Shown here in pieces: positions 1-9,196 of a stretch of DNA of 50,713 nucleotides. Numbering within the stretch: the stretch's first letter is position 1; each line of letters begins with the position of its first letter. Under the pieces are notes generated by a model. It had not been told where the DNA came from. It ran no database searches and saw only the letters and a program-made list of their open reading frames with translations. Position numbers and translations under genes: made by a program. Source of the stretch: Colwellia sp. (lineage in GTDB: Bacteria > Pseudomonadota > Gammaproteobacteria > Enterobacterales > Alteromonadaceae); contig JALJPB010000027.1 of NCBI GenBank assembly GCA_022969175.1, positions 1 through 50,713 of the forward strand, written 5' to 3'.

Positions 1-40
1 TCACCAAAGCGTGAGTTTGTGACGAGGTAGATTTTAATAA

Positions 41-70
41 AACATATAACAAAAACATTTGTTATATGTT
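41..70. promoter_or_regulatory. 30-nt perfect inverted repeat AACATATAACAA-aaacat-TTGTTATATGTT just upstream of the RBS of the first gene; candidate operator or 5'-UTR hairpin
   Basis: Read directly: 12-bp arms that are exact reverse complements separated by 6 nt, ending about 24 nt before the ATG at 94. Confidence 0.4.
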
Positions 71-93
71 CGACATGTATAGGAGTTATAAAG

Positions 94-483
94 ATGACAA
101 GAGTATACACCAGTGGCGTATTTGATTTATTTCACGTAGGGCATTTATCTGTTATTCAAAAAGCAAAGGAGTTTGGCGACTACCTTATTGTTGGCGTACA
201 TTCAGACGCAGACGTAGAATCATATAAGCGCATCCCTACTATTTCTTGCGAACAACGATGTGAAATAATTCGGAACATTAAGGGTGTTGATGAGGTAATT
301 GTTGCCCCACTTACGCCGAATAACGACGAGAATTTTTACCTACTACATCGGATTGATATTCATGTAGCAGGCAATAATATGGAACATATGTATGAGTTAC
401 CTCACAAAATGGGGATTATGCGCTATGTACCGAGAAGCCCTTTAATTGATTCATCATCAATCATAAAAAAGCTTAAAGTTTAG
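94..483 (+). CDS. Cytidylyltransferase-like nucleotidyltransferase (HxGH family, TagD/glycerol-3-phosphate cytidylyltransferase-like)
   Basis: 129 aa; N-terminal SGVFDLFHVGH motif (HxGH signature of the nucleotidyltransferase alpha/beta phosphodiesterase superfamily); AGGAG-like RBS upstream. Confidence 0.6.
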   Translation: MTRVYTSGVFDLFHVGHLSVIQKAKEFGDYLIVGVHSDADVESYKRIPTISCEQRCEIIRNIKGVDEVIVAPLTPNNDENFYLLHRIDIHVAGNNMEHMYELPHKMGIMRYVPRSPLIDSSSIIKKLKV

Positions 484-657
484 TAACTAACTTTTTTAAG
501 AGGTTAATCAGTAGTAAGCAGCATGATTTTTACTTTCGCTTATGCACAGTCGCCTATCAAGGCAGACAAAACCTTATAAATAATTAGTATTCATCACTTC
601 TTCTCAGTGATTAAAGTGAATCTTGAATTTACAGTCCAACCGTCTATTGTTGGAGCC

Positions 658-687
658 AAAGCAGCCCTCTAGTGGCTGCTTTTTTTA
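658..687 (+). terminator. Rho-independent terminator (GCAGCC...GGCTGC stem followed by T7)
   Basis: aaaGCAGCCctctagtGGCTGCttttttt read from the sequence. Confidence 0.5.
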
Positions 688-894
688 TATCAATTAAGGG
701 TCGTCTTTGTGATAGTAATGACGATTAACGCTATCTCGAAAAGAGGGTGTATGCCTCCGCAATGCGCACAAAGTGAACCTCTGCATTGCTGACAAAATCT
801 CAGAGATTATGGTTAAACACGTTTTTGTATAAAATTATATTTAACGGATGCCTGTTAAGAACAAACTAAGGTAATAAAGAGCAAGCTCACACTA

Positions 895-1242
895 TTACAA
901 TAAATCAAACTCTTCGATTGACCAAATAAGCGCAAACGTCAATGCAACAACAGCAACAGAAATTGGCGCGACCTGGATATGCTCAAAGATAGTTGCCCAT
1001 TGCATATCAATGATGGCTGGCTTTGCTATAGGAGCATCGGTAAATAATGCAAGCAGTACATTTATCGCTAAATAACCAAGTGAACATACAATTGCTGCTG
1101 AAAAAGCATAGATATACCAAGAGGTAGCTTGACCTTGTTGGTTAATTAACTGCATCGTTGACAGTGAGAAGTTATCATCATCCAGCTGCTCTTCAGTCAA
1201 TTGGTCTGTTAACCAGTCATCATTTAGAAAGTCATCTTTCAT
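895..1242 (-). CDS. Small two-TM membrane protein translationally coupled to the ECF sigma factor; putative anti-sigma factor
   Basis: 115 aa; ATGA start/stop overlap with the upstream sigma gene; acidic N-terminus followed by two hydrophobic segments. Confidence 0.4.
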   Translation of the reverse strand: MKDDFLNDDWLTDQLTEEQLDDDNFSLSTMQLINQQGQATSWYIYAFSAAIVCSLGYLAINVLLALFTDAPIAKPAIIDMQWATIFEHIQVAPISVAVVALTFALIWSIEEFDLL

Positions 1243-1772
1243 GAGTTTGCTCCTGTTTCACTTTGCTCCGCTAGAGTTTTTAGTTTTAATCTGCTGCGTC
1301 GAATTAATGATTTTACCGTGCCCAAAGGCATATTCATTACCTCTGTTATTTCTTGATGACTCAGTCCATGGCTAAAGTGTAGCAATAAAGTAGCTCGTTC
1401 TTCTGGTTTTAAATATTTTATTAGTACCTTCACTGTGCGCTGTGCGTCGAATTGATTTTCCAAGTTAATAGCGTCAGCAACATCTTCAATTTCGGCATTT
1501 GTTAACGCTTGTTTTTTGCGAGTATGGCTGACAAATAATTGATAAGCGATTTTAAACAGCCAAGATAAAAACTTACCCTCACCTCGGTAAGTTTTTATAT
1601 GTAGAAACGCTTTTAAAAATGTTTCTTGGGCAATGTCATCAGCGATAGCGTGCTCGTTTTGCAACAATCGCCTTAAAAACTGTCTTATTGGCGATTGGTT
1701 TAGTCTCATTAATTGCTCAAAAGCGTGGTGTTCGCCTGATTGCTGTACTCGCTCAATAAGGTTGGCTTCCAT
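1239..1772 (-). CDS. ECF (sigma-70 family group IV) RNA polymerase sigma factor, module A
   Basis: 177 aa; region-2-like ETFLKAF...YRGEGKFLSWLFKIA; region-4-like HTH LSHQEITEVMNMPLGTVKSLIRRSR. Confidence 0.85.
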   Translation of the reverse strand: MEANLIERVQQSGEHHAFEQLMRLNQSPIRQFLRRLLQNEHAIADDIAQETFLKAFLHIKTYRGEGKFLSWLFKIAYQLFVSHTRKKQALTNAEIEDVADAINLENQFDAQRTVKVLIKYLKPEERATLLLHFSHGLSHQEITEVMNMPLGTVKSLIRRSRLKLKTLAEQSETGANS

Positions 1773-1776
1773 CAGT

Positions 1777-2139
1777 TTACTTTTTTGCTGCTTTGAGTTT
1801 TGAAAAAGCCAAGTAAACTAAACCGATAATGATGGGTAAAAAACCAAAAATCCATGCGATACCACCAACTGGCATGAAGGTTAGTGTTAGTACAATGCCA
1901 GTGACTAGCAATAACATGCCTCTTCTAAAGTCACTTTGAGGTTGTTTTTTCATTACCAAATCTAGCGACTCTAACAGTTCAGGGGTGATTTCTTTTCCTG
2001 ACTCTACCAGTTTTTGTAGTGTTTCTTGCTTGGCCACTTTTGCGCGATTGATAAAAAATAACACGGCAATAATAATTAAAGTGCCACAAATTGCAGCAGT
2101 AATGCGCATGATAAAATCATAATAGGCTAGTTCGTTCAT
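1777..2139 (-). CDS. Small membrane protein (three TM segments) immediately upstream of the ECF sigma gene, 4-nt gap
   Basis: 120 aa; AAGGA RBS; architecture parallels ORF 6254..6679 of module B. Confidence 0.5.
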   Translation of the reverse strand: MNELAYYDFIMRITAAICGTLIIIAVLFFINRAKVAKQETLQKLVESGKEITPELLESLDLVMKKQPQSDFRRGMLLLVTGIVLTLTFMPVGGIAWIFGFLPIIIGLVYLAFSKLKAAKK

Positions 2140-2261
2140 AAAAAATTCCTTTAATACTTTGGTTATAATGGCTATAAGTTAAGTGATATATTAATAGAAC
2201 GCATCAATTGAGCTGTTGGATGCATTGAGGTGACATTTTATTTTTGTAAGTTATAGGCAAG

Positions 2262-3953
2262 CTACTTTTGTCTTAACCTTAGTACACCACTAAGCTGCTT
2301 TTCATAATAGGATAAATTACTGTCATTATTAGATTTTGCCAAACTTACCGCCTCGCTAAAACTATTTTTGGCTAAATTAAGTTGGCCACTTTCACGATAT
2401 GCATCGCCAAGACTGTCGTAAGCACTTGCTGAATATTGGTGGTTTTTTACATTCAACTCAAAACTATCTATCGCCTGTTGGTAGGCTTGATATTCTAAAA
2501 AGTCATAACCAATTTTGTTGAGCCAGCCTTTATTAGGGGTAGTATAAAGGCATAACATCTCTTGATAAAACTGCTCAGCGATGGCGAGTTTATTTTCAGA
2601 TAAATGCAGTTTGATAAACTCTTGGTATCCCCACTGGTTCATATTAACCTTATAACCTGCGCGCCTCGAAATTTCTTGATAATAAGCTTTAAGCCCTGCC
2701 AAGCCCCCATCAGCGTGAAAATCGTCCAAATCACCATTAACATTTGGTAATTTAATGTCACGCTTAAATTCATCTATCGCTACGTTATTTGCTGCCAAAT
2801 GCATATTCATGGTTAAACGAATATTACCAACAGGGGTAACATTGGCGAGATAAATTACCGTGGTGCCGTCGCCGTACATAGCAAGATTACTCGAATAGCC
2901 GTCTAAAGAGCCGCCATGACTGATCAGCTGAATACTTGGATTAAAACGGATCATAGTTTCATGATTGATATACCAGCCGTAGCCGTAGCCGCCAATATTT
3001 GGGCTAAACATTTTATCCGTCAGTGGTTTTGACAATAACTTATGACTTTTTAATGCTTTACTCCAGGTATATAGATCGTCAACAGTGGAATACATCCCGC
3101 CGGTAGTATAAGCGTTTGACAAGTCCCTATACTTGGCCAGTTTATACTCGCCTTTTTCGGAAGAAAATAGTTCACTAAAAAAGCCAATTTGTTTGAATTG
3201 ATAGCCTTTTGCAATATGTTGTTGGTGATATTTATTGTCAGCGTAGCCGGTATTTTTTAATGCTAAAGGTTTAGTAATATAAATATCGAGTAATTGTGCA
3301 AACGACTTCCCTGTTACCTGTTCTAAAATGGCACCGAGCAAAATGTAGTTTTGACTAGAATAATAAAACTCTGTGCCGGGTTCGTTAATCAACTCCATTT
3401 GGGCGATGAGCTTTACATAGGAATTTGGTGTGACTGACATCTTTCTAAATTCACTAGACTTAATGCCTAATCGACGCAGTCCCTCATAATGAGGAAGACC
3501 CGAGGTGTGTGACAATAATCTATGAATGGTTATTTTAGCTCCATTTTCTTTAGGGAAATAGGGCAGATAATCACTTACCGTCATTTCTAAATCAATGTTA
3601 CCCCGCTCTACTTGTTGCATAACCAACATCGCAGTAAATTGCTTGGTAACAGAGCCAATTAAAAACTTGGCATCTTCCACCAGGGGAATGTTGTTTTCTT
3701 TATCGTAAAAACCATAAGCTTTTTTTAATAAAATTTTATTGTCTTTTGCAACCAGCATCACACCGTTAAATGGGCTTTCAATACGGTTATGTTGGCCTTC
3801 TTGTGAATAGAGCTCCATTAATGCGTTTATGTTTTGAGTAAAACTAGATGCTGTAAATGGCAGTGTCAGCAATATAAAAAACATAAGCAGAGATAAAATA
3901 CCGCCTAACCGCCTAGTTAGTATTTGCTGGATTTTTGCTATTAATATATTCAT
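2262..3953 (-). CDS. Beta-lactamase-fold serine hydrolase (class C/PBP-like) with C-terminal TPR repeats, module A
   Basis: SVTKQFTA (S-x-x-K active-site motif), YSSQNY (class-C-like second element), HGG triad region, signal peptide; C-terminal about 150 aa with TPR-like repeats. Start re-set to the ATG at 3953 (GAGAGGA RBS) rather than 3968. Confidence 0.8.
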   Translation of the reverse strand: MNILIAKIQQILTRRLGGILSLLMFFILLTLPFTASSFTQNINALMELYSQEGQHNRIESPFNGVMLVAKDNKILLKKAYGFYDKENNIPLVEDAKFLIGSVTKQFTAMLVMQQVERGNIDLEMTVSDYLPYFPKENGAKITIHRLLSHTSGLPHYEGLRRLGIKSSEFRKMSVTPNSYVKLIAQMELINEPGTEFYYSSQNYILLGAILEQVTGKSFAQLLDIYITKPLALKNTGYADNKYHQQHIAKGYQFKQIGFFSELFSSEKGEYKLAKYRDLSNAYTTGGMYSTVDDLYTWSKALKSHKLLSKPLTDKMFSPNIGGYGYGWYINHETMIRFNPSIQLISHGGSLDGYSSNLAMYGDGTTVIYLANVTPVGNIRLTMNMHLAANNVAIDEFKRDIKLPNVNGDLDDFHADGGLAGLKAYYQEISRRAGYKVNMNQWGYQEFIKLHLSENKLAIAEQFYQEMLCLYTTPNKGWLNKIGYDFLEYQAYQQAIDSFELNVKNHQYSASAYDSLGDAYRESGQLNLAKNSFSEAVSLAKSNNDSNLSYYEKQLSGVLRLRQK

Positions 3954-4229
3954 GTTAATTCCTCTCATTTCAGTTATCGCTTTAGTTATGGCATGAGTTG
4001 TCTATAGACAAACACTTTAATAAATGAACGACTGGATTAGCGTTTTGGATTCAGGCAGAAGAAAATAAAAATCAATAAGGAAAAGCTAGATCCTTTAGCA
4101 ATTTACTTTGTTAGGGGATTTAGAGGTAAGCCATCAAAGGATGAGGTGTCTATGATAGTTGTGCTTTGGCTGATATTTAAAAACTTTAACGGTCAATGAA
4201 AAACAATGCAAAAAATTTTTACGTCAATA

Positions 4230-4259
4230 GGCAACCGATTTATCAGCCCTTCCGTCTAA
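4230..4259 (+). promoter_or_regulatory. ECF-type promoter motif GGCAACC-N16-CGTCTAA upstream of the module-B hydrolase gene
   Basis: AAC in the -35 and CGTC in the -10 is the hallmark of ECF promoters; near-identical copy at 6176..6205. Confidence 0.5.
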
Positions 4260-4485
4260 ACAACTTTAAGCTCGCCAAAAAACAGAAGTAATGTGATGAA
4301 ACACTTTTGATTTTTCTAAAAGTACTAGCCGCATTATCGCTGGTGATTAGAAAGTTCAACATACATCAGCGCAATTATTTAATTAACTTGGTTAGCGTGA
4401 TCAAGTAAACAAATGATGAGAATTTATCGGCCGATTTTCATTGTGCCGTGTGCAATATAACCAGAAACTAATTTGAGGAATACCA

Positions 4486-5973
4486 ATGAAACAAACAATA
4501 CGTCGACCAAAGTTAAGCTATTTACTGCCGATATTTTTATTGATTAGCACTTGCTCTAACATCGTAAGTGCCGACGAAAAAAAAGCATACTCAAAAGCGT
4601 CTGATGAACTATTAATGAATAAAACAGACGAAATTATTAAACAGTATACCGATCCAGGCTGGTTTTCTGGCAGCGTGGTGATATTTAAAGCAGACAAGGT
4701 TATTTATGATAAGAGCTTTGGTTTTGCTGATTTAGAGAACAAGGTAAAAAATACTTCTGCAACAAAAACCAGAATAGGCTCGATCAACAAACATTTTACT
4801 GCAACTTTGATAATGCAGAAAGTTCAGTCAGGAAAAATATCATTAGATGATACCTTAGCAAAATTCAAATTGGGTTTTCCACAAGACATTGCGGAAAAAA
4901 TTACGGTACGTCATTTACTTAAGCATACTTCAGGTTTTGCTGACATATTTAATAATGAATATTATAAAACATACCGCTCATTAAAAACCATCAATGACAA
5001 ACTACCGTTATTATTAAATAAGCCTTTAATTTCTGAACCAGGCGAGCAATACAACTATTCAAACTATGGTTATATTGTTTTAGGCGCAATTTTAGAAAAA
5101 CTTGAACAAAAGAGCTTTCAATTGATTATTAATGAAAACATTTTAAATGTTATTAAAGCTGACAATACTCAATACGCCTTGACTGAAAACGTTACAGATA
5201 AAGCGAAGAGTTATCAATTCACTCCTATGGGGACAAAAATAGATAGAACGAGCAGACTGGAAAATTTAACACCCGATGGCGGCATGTACTCCACACCTTA
5301 TGACCTGGCGCTTTTTTATTCCAAGCTTTTTTATAGCAACCAGCTACTCAACGACCAATCAAAAGCAATGATGAAAAATCATTACAAAAAATCAATCAAA
5401 CCTTGGTCTGAATTCTTGCACAGTGATAAGACTAAAGTGATTTCTTATGGTGGAGGGCCTGGAGTGAGTGCTGCTGTAGAAATATTAATTAAAGATAAAT
5501 TGATGGTGATAGCCTTAGCCAATACTGATGGCGTGGTAGCAGAGCGTATCACCCAGAGAGTGATTGAAGTTCATCAAGGCAAAGAATATAAAAAGGTCAT
5601 CTTGCCGCTAGGATTATTTGCAATGAAATTATTAGAGAAAAAAGGAGATGTTTATTTTGTCGATAATGCTAAACGTGAGTTCACCCAAGCAGGATATGAT
5701 GACTTTACAACACGACCTTTAAAATTTACTGCTAGACCTTTAAATAAATTAGGTTATGCACTAATTAATAATAATAAAATTGATCAAGCGATTAGTGTTT
5801 TTATTGTCAATAGCAAAATATTCCCACAAGACCCGAATACTTTTGACAGTTTGGCTGATGCCTATGAAAAAACAGGAAACAACAGCAAAGCTTTAGTGAA
5901 CTATCAACAAGCTCTTTTATTAGACTCAGATTTTGACTCCGCCAAGCAAGCTATCTTACGATTAAAGCAATGA
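4486..5973 (+). CDS. Beta-lactamase-fold serine hydrolase with C-terminal TPR repeats, module B (paralog of 2262..3953)
   Basis: 495 aa; SINKHFTA S-x-x-K motif, YSNYGY, signal peptide, C-terminal TPR-like region; GAGGAA RBS. Confidence 0.8.
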   Translation: MKQTIRRPKLSYLLPIFLLISTCSNIVSADEKKAYSKASDELLMNKTDEIIKQYTDPGWFSGSVVIFKADKVIYDKSFGFADLENKVKNTSATKTRIGSINKHFTATLIMQKVQSGKISLDDTLAKFKLGFPQDIAEKITVRHLLKHTSGFADIFNNEYYKTYRSLKTINDKLPLLLNKPLISEPGEQYNYSNYGYIVLGAILEKLEQKSFQLIINENILNVIKADNTQYALTENVTDKAKSYQFTPMGTKIDRTSRLENLTPDGGMYSTPYDLALFYSKLFYSNQLLNDQSKAMMKNHYKKSIKPWSEFLHSDKTKVISYGGGPGVSAAVEILIKDKLMVIALANTDGVVAERITQRVIEVHQGKEYKKVILPLGLFAMKLLEKKGDVYFVDNAKREFTQAGYDDFTTRPLKFTARPLNKLGYALINNNKIDQAISVFIVNSKIFPQDPNTFDSLADAYEKTGNNSKALVNYQQALLLDSDFDSAKQAILRLKQ

Positions 5974-6175
5974 TAGCCTTTAGGAGTATTATTTAGTCAC
6001 ATAGTCACTTACCCATCTAGAATTAAGGCATTAGCACAAACAATATTTGTTAAGTTCTCATGCCTTTACTTAGTGCCACAGGTCGATTTTTACTGACTTT
6101 CTATGGCCTAAGTAGATTTATTTAATATGGTGATTAACACTTTAGCAATAGAGTGAAAATATTTATGACTTATTA

Positions 6176-6205
6176 GGCAACCGGTTTATCAGCTGTTCCG
6201 TCTAA
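6176..6205 (+). promoter_or_regulatory. Second copy of the ECF-type promoter motif GGCAACC-N16-CGTCTAA, upstream of the membrane-protein/sigma pair
   Basis: 27 of 30 positions identical to 4230..4259; located about 50 nt upstream of the ATG at 6254. Confidence 0.5.
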
Positions 6206-6253
6206 TCTATTTTAAACTAAGCACAACTTACAAAACACAACTGGAGTAATAAT

Positions 6254-6679
6254 ATGGACACTGTTTTAATTTTTCTTATCTCGCTAATCGCTTTATGGCT
6301 GGTCATTAGAAGTATTAACATTCACCTTAAACAACAGAAGCTGGTTAAAGTCAGAGAGATGCTACATGCAGAGCGAGTAAAGAGCCTAGAAACTGATGCA
6401 GAACCGATTGATATTAATTTTGAAATGGAAACCATGGATCAGATGTTGAGTCAATCCGTTACCACCTCTGCAGCCTTTATGAGAATTTGGCACCAAGTAA
6501 GTTTTAGATTAGCTGTATTTTTTATCGCACTAAGTTTGATGGGCTTGACCTTTGTTTTGATTGCTCAAATAACACAGACTGAACTTAGATTTGGTATAGT
6601 TCGCATGGCCTTTGCGCCTTTATTTATTGGTATTCCACTGTTGCTGACTAACTTAATCAGTAATAGGTATTCAAAATAA
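6254..6679 (+). CDS. Small membrane protein preceding the ECF sigma factor (module B); possible sigma-regulatory partner
   Basis: 141 aa; three to four TM segments; stop is 1 nt before the sigma ATG; GGAG RBS. Confidence 0.5.
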   Translation: MDTVLIFLISLIALWLVIRSINIHLKQQKLVKVREMLHAERVKSLETDAEPIDINFEMETMDQMLSQSVTTSAAFMRIWHQVSFRLAVFFIALSLMGLTFVLIAQITQTELRFGIVRMAFAPLFIGIPLLLTNLISNRYSK

Positions 6680-6680
6680 T

Positions 6681-7244
6681 ATGTCTGGGAATGTCGAACA
6701 GGACGCTGATGAGCTATTAGTCGCCGGGTTTCTTGAATCAGGTAATAATGATACTTTCTCACGACTGCTAAAGCGTCATCAATCATCGATAAAGAGCATT
6801 GTTATTGCCACTCTTGGTGTCCATTTTCGCAGTGAGGTTGATGATGCTTGTCAGGAAATCTCTATTAAGCTCTATGAAAGGGCTAAGAGTTACACCGGAA
6901 AAAGTAAGTTTAGCACTTGGTTATATCGCTTGGTAAAAAATTCAGCAATAGATTATCAGCGTAAGCATAAACGTCATCTTGCAACCCAAGCGTACGAGGA
7001 TGAGGAAATGATTGACTGGAAGACGTCCAATGAACAAATAAGTGGCGCTGTTAACCAGTCGATTAATGAATTTGTAGAGCAACTACCACTGCAATACCGA
7101 ACGGTAATTTATATGTACTACTGGCAGGGGAATACAACACTGGAAGTATCAAAACACTTGTTAATTACCCAAGGAACGATCAAAGGTTATTTGCACCGGG
7201 TTAGAAAACAAATTGCAATCATCATCGAAGATAGTGAATTATAG
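6681..7244 (+). CDS. ECF sigma factor, module B
   Basis: 187 aa; KSKFSTWLYRLVKNSAIDYQRK (region 2.x) and C-terminal HTH VSKHLLITQGTIKGYLHRVRKQ. Confidence 0.85.
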   Translation: MSGNVEQDADELLVAGFLESGNNDTFSRLLKRHQSSIKSIVIATLGVHFRSEVDDACQEISIKLYERAKSYTGKSKFSTWLYRLVKNSAIDYQRKHKRHLATQAYEDEEMIDWKTSNEQISGAVNQSINEFVEQLPLQYRTVIYMYYWQGNTTLEVSKHLLITQGTIKGYLHRVRKQIAIIIEDSEL

Positions 7245-7722
7245 TTGGTCATCCGCTTTTAGCGAAATTAAGCCAGTTAAATTAAGAAGTTAATGATTTT
7301 ACCAATGAGGTATAGCAAAGTTAGACTTTCAATAATGAACAGAGAGACCCATAACCTTGGAGATTTTCTTTTAGATTCGTCATAGGTTTTTGGCATTGTA
7401 TCAGTCCGTTGAATTGTCTTTCCTGTACAAATTATAGTCAAATTTACGATTTATGCTATTTTAACTAAATAAAACAACCTATAACGAAAGAAATTAGCGG
7501 CATAAATTGGACAGAATACCGATAAAGTGTCAATTGATTAGCAAACAACTTTCCCTATTGGTGTTTATATCAATGTTTAATAAAAAAGCTCAGTCAGTAA
7601 TTATAAATTTATACCATTATAGCGGACATATTCAAATTCTTACTGACCACCGTAGCTAAATGAAACGATATACCACTGCAAAATAACAGCGGCATGAGCG
7701 AAACTTTTACTTTTGATTAAAG

Positions 7723-9012
7723 TTATTTAGCTAGGCTAGTAAATAACTTTTCAAAAGCGTCTAAACCTTCATTGGCAATTTCATCACTGATGGTTAGCGC
7801 TGGTAGAAAACGAATAACATTACCGTAAAAACCACAGGATAATAAAATCAAACCATATTCAGCGGCTTTACCAATGACCGCTTGCGTAAGTTCCGTATTG
7901 GCATTTTCACTATCACCGTCTTTCATTAACTCAATAGCAATCATTGAACCTTGATTACGGACATCAGAAATTAGTTGTGGATACTGGCTTTGCAGTGCGG
8001 TTAAACGTTCGTTAAACAATGAGCCAATGTGATTGGAACGTTCAATGAGGTTTTCTTCTTCAATAACTTCTAATACGGCAAGGGCCGCAGCACAAGCAAC
8101 AGGAGAACCACCATAAGTGCCACCTAAGCCGCCAGGTAATGGTGCGTCCATTATTCCACTTTTTCCGACAACGGCTGAAATTGGGAAACCACCAGCAATG
8201 CCTTTCGCCATGGTCATAATATCGGCTTCAACACCTGAGTGCTCGAAGCTGAACATTTTACCGGTACGGCCAAAACCTGTTTGAATTTCATCGGCGATTA
8301 GTACAATGCCATGTTCATCACATAGTTCACGTAGCGCTTGTAAAAATTCTGTTGGCGCTGCATAGAAGCCGCCTTCGCCTTGTACGGGTTCAACAATAAT
8401 GGCTGCAACATCTGAAGGGGCAATATCGACTTTAAATAAATTCTGTACGGCAGTGATTGCATCTTTCACGGAAATATTATGTTGCTCAATGGGGAACGGG
8501 GCATGAAAAATATCACCAGGGAATGGGCCAAATAAGTTTTTATATGGCGTGATTTTCCCCGTTAGCGCCATGGTTAAATTGGTACGACCGTGGAAACCTC
8601 CATTAAAGGCAATAACACCACGACGACCGGTATGTGCTCGTGCAATTTTCACACAGTTTTCAACCGCTTCTGCGCCTGTTGAAACAAAAATAGCTTTTTT
8701 CTCACTAGTACCTGGCGCAAGGGCCGTTAGTTTTTCAGCAAGCTCTACTGCGACTTCATATGGATTAACCATTACACAGGTATGACTGAATTTATCGACT
8801 TGTGCTTTTACTGCAGCAACAACTTTTGGGTGGCTATGGCCAGTATTACAAACGGCAATCCCGGTGCCAAAATCAATATAACGATTGCCTTCAACATCCC
8901 AAAGTTCAGACCCTTTGGCATGATCGGCATACACAGGATAAATATTGCCTTGACCACGAGCGATCACTTTAGTTTTACGAGCTTGTAATTGTGCATTAGT
9001 TGATTGAATCAT
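7723..9012 (-). CDS. gabT: 4-aminobutyrate--2-oxoglutarate aminotransferase (class III PLP aminotransferase)
   Basis: 429 aa; near full-length resemblance to GabT, including the VIARGQG N-terminus and the PLP-lysine region. Confidence 0.9.
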   Translation of the reverse strand: MIQSTNAQLQARKTKVIARGQGNIYPVYADHAKGSELWDVEGNRYIDFGTGIAVCNTGHSHPKVVAAVKAQVDKFSHTCVMVNPYEVAVELAEKLTALAPGTSEKKAIFVSTGAEAVENCVKIARAHTGRRGVIAFNGGFHGRTNLTMALTGKITPYKNLFGPFPGDIFHAPFPIEQHNISVKDAITAVQNLFKVDIAPSDVAAIIVEPVQGEGGFYAAPTEFLQALRELCDEHGIVLIADEIQTGFGRTGKMFSFEHSGVEADIMTMAKGIAGGFPISAVVGKSGIMDAPLPGGLGGTYGGSPVACAAALAVLEVIEEENLIERSNHIGSLFNERLTALQSQYPQLISDVRNQGSMIAIELMKDGDSENANTELTQAVIGKAAEYGLILLSCGFYGNVIRFLPALTISDEIANEGLDAFEKLFTSLAK

Positions 9013-9196
9013 TGTCTGTACCTATTAAATTTGTTTGATAAACTTACATAGTAAAATTTTCTTAGTAAGTTGGGGGCTTGGTCCGTTCAGCCCACATGGA
9101 TACCCCCACTTAAACTGAGCTGAAAAACCCTCAGCTGTTTTTAGCGGGACTTGGCTAAAATATGTATTAAGCTATTTGTCTAAACTAGTTGCCTAG

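Noticed and set aside
2140-2261. A third copy of the ECF promoter motif on the minus strand upstream of the module-A membrane/sigma genes
   Set aside because: Closest candidate (CCAAC-N13-CGTTCTA on the minus strand) has a spacer 4 nt too short and poor identity; not called.
6565-6786. 73-aa minus-strand ORF
   Set aside because: Straddles the membrane-protein/sigma junction antisense; spurious.
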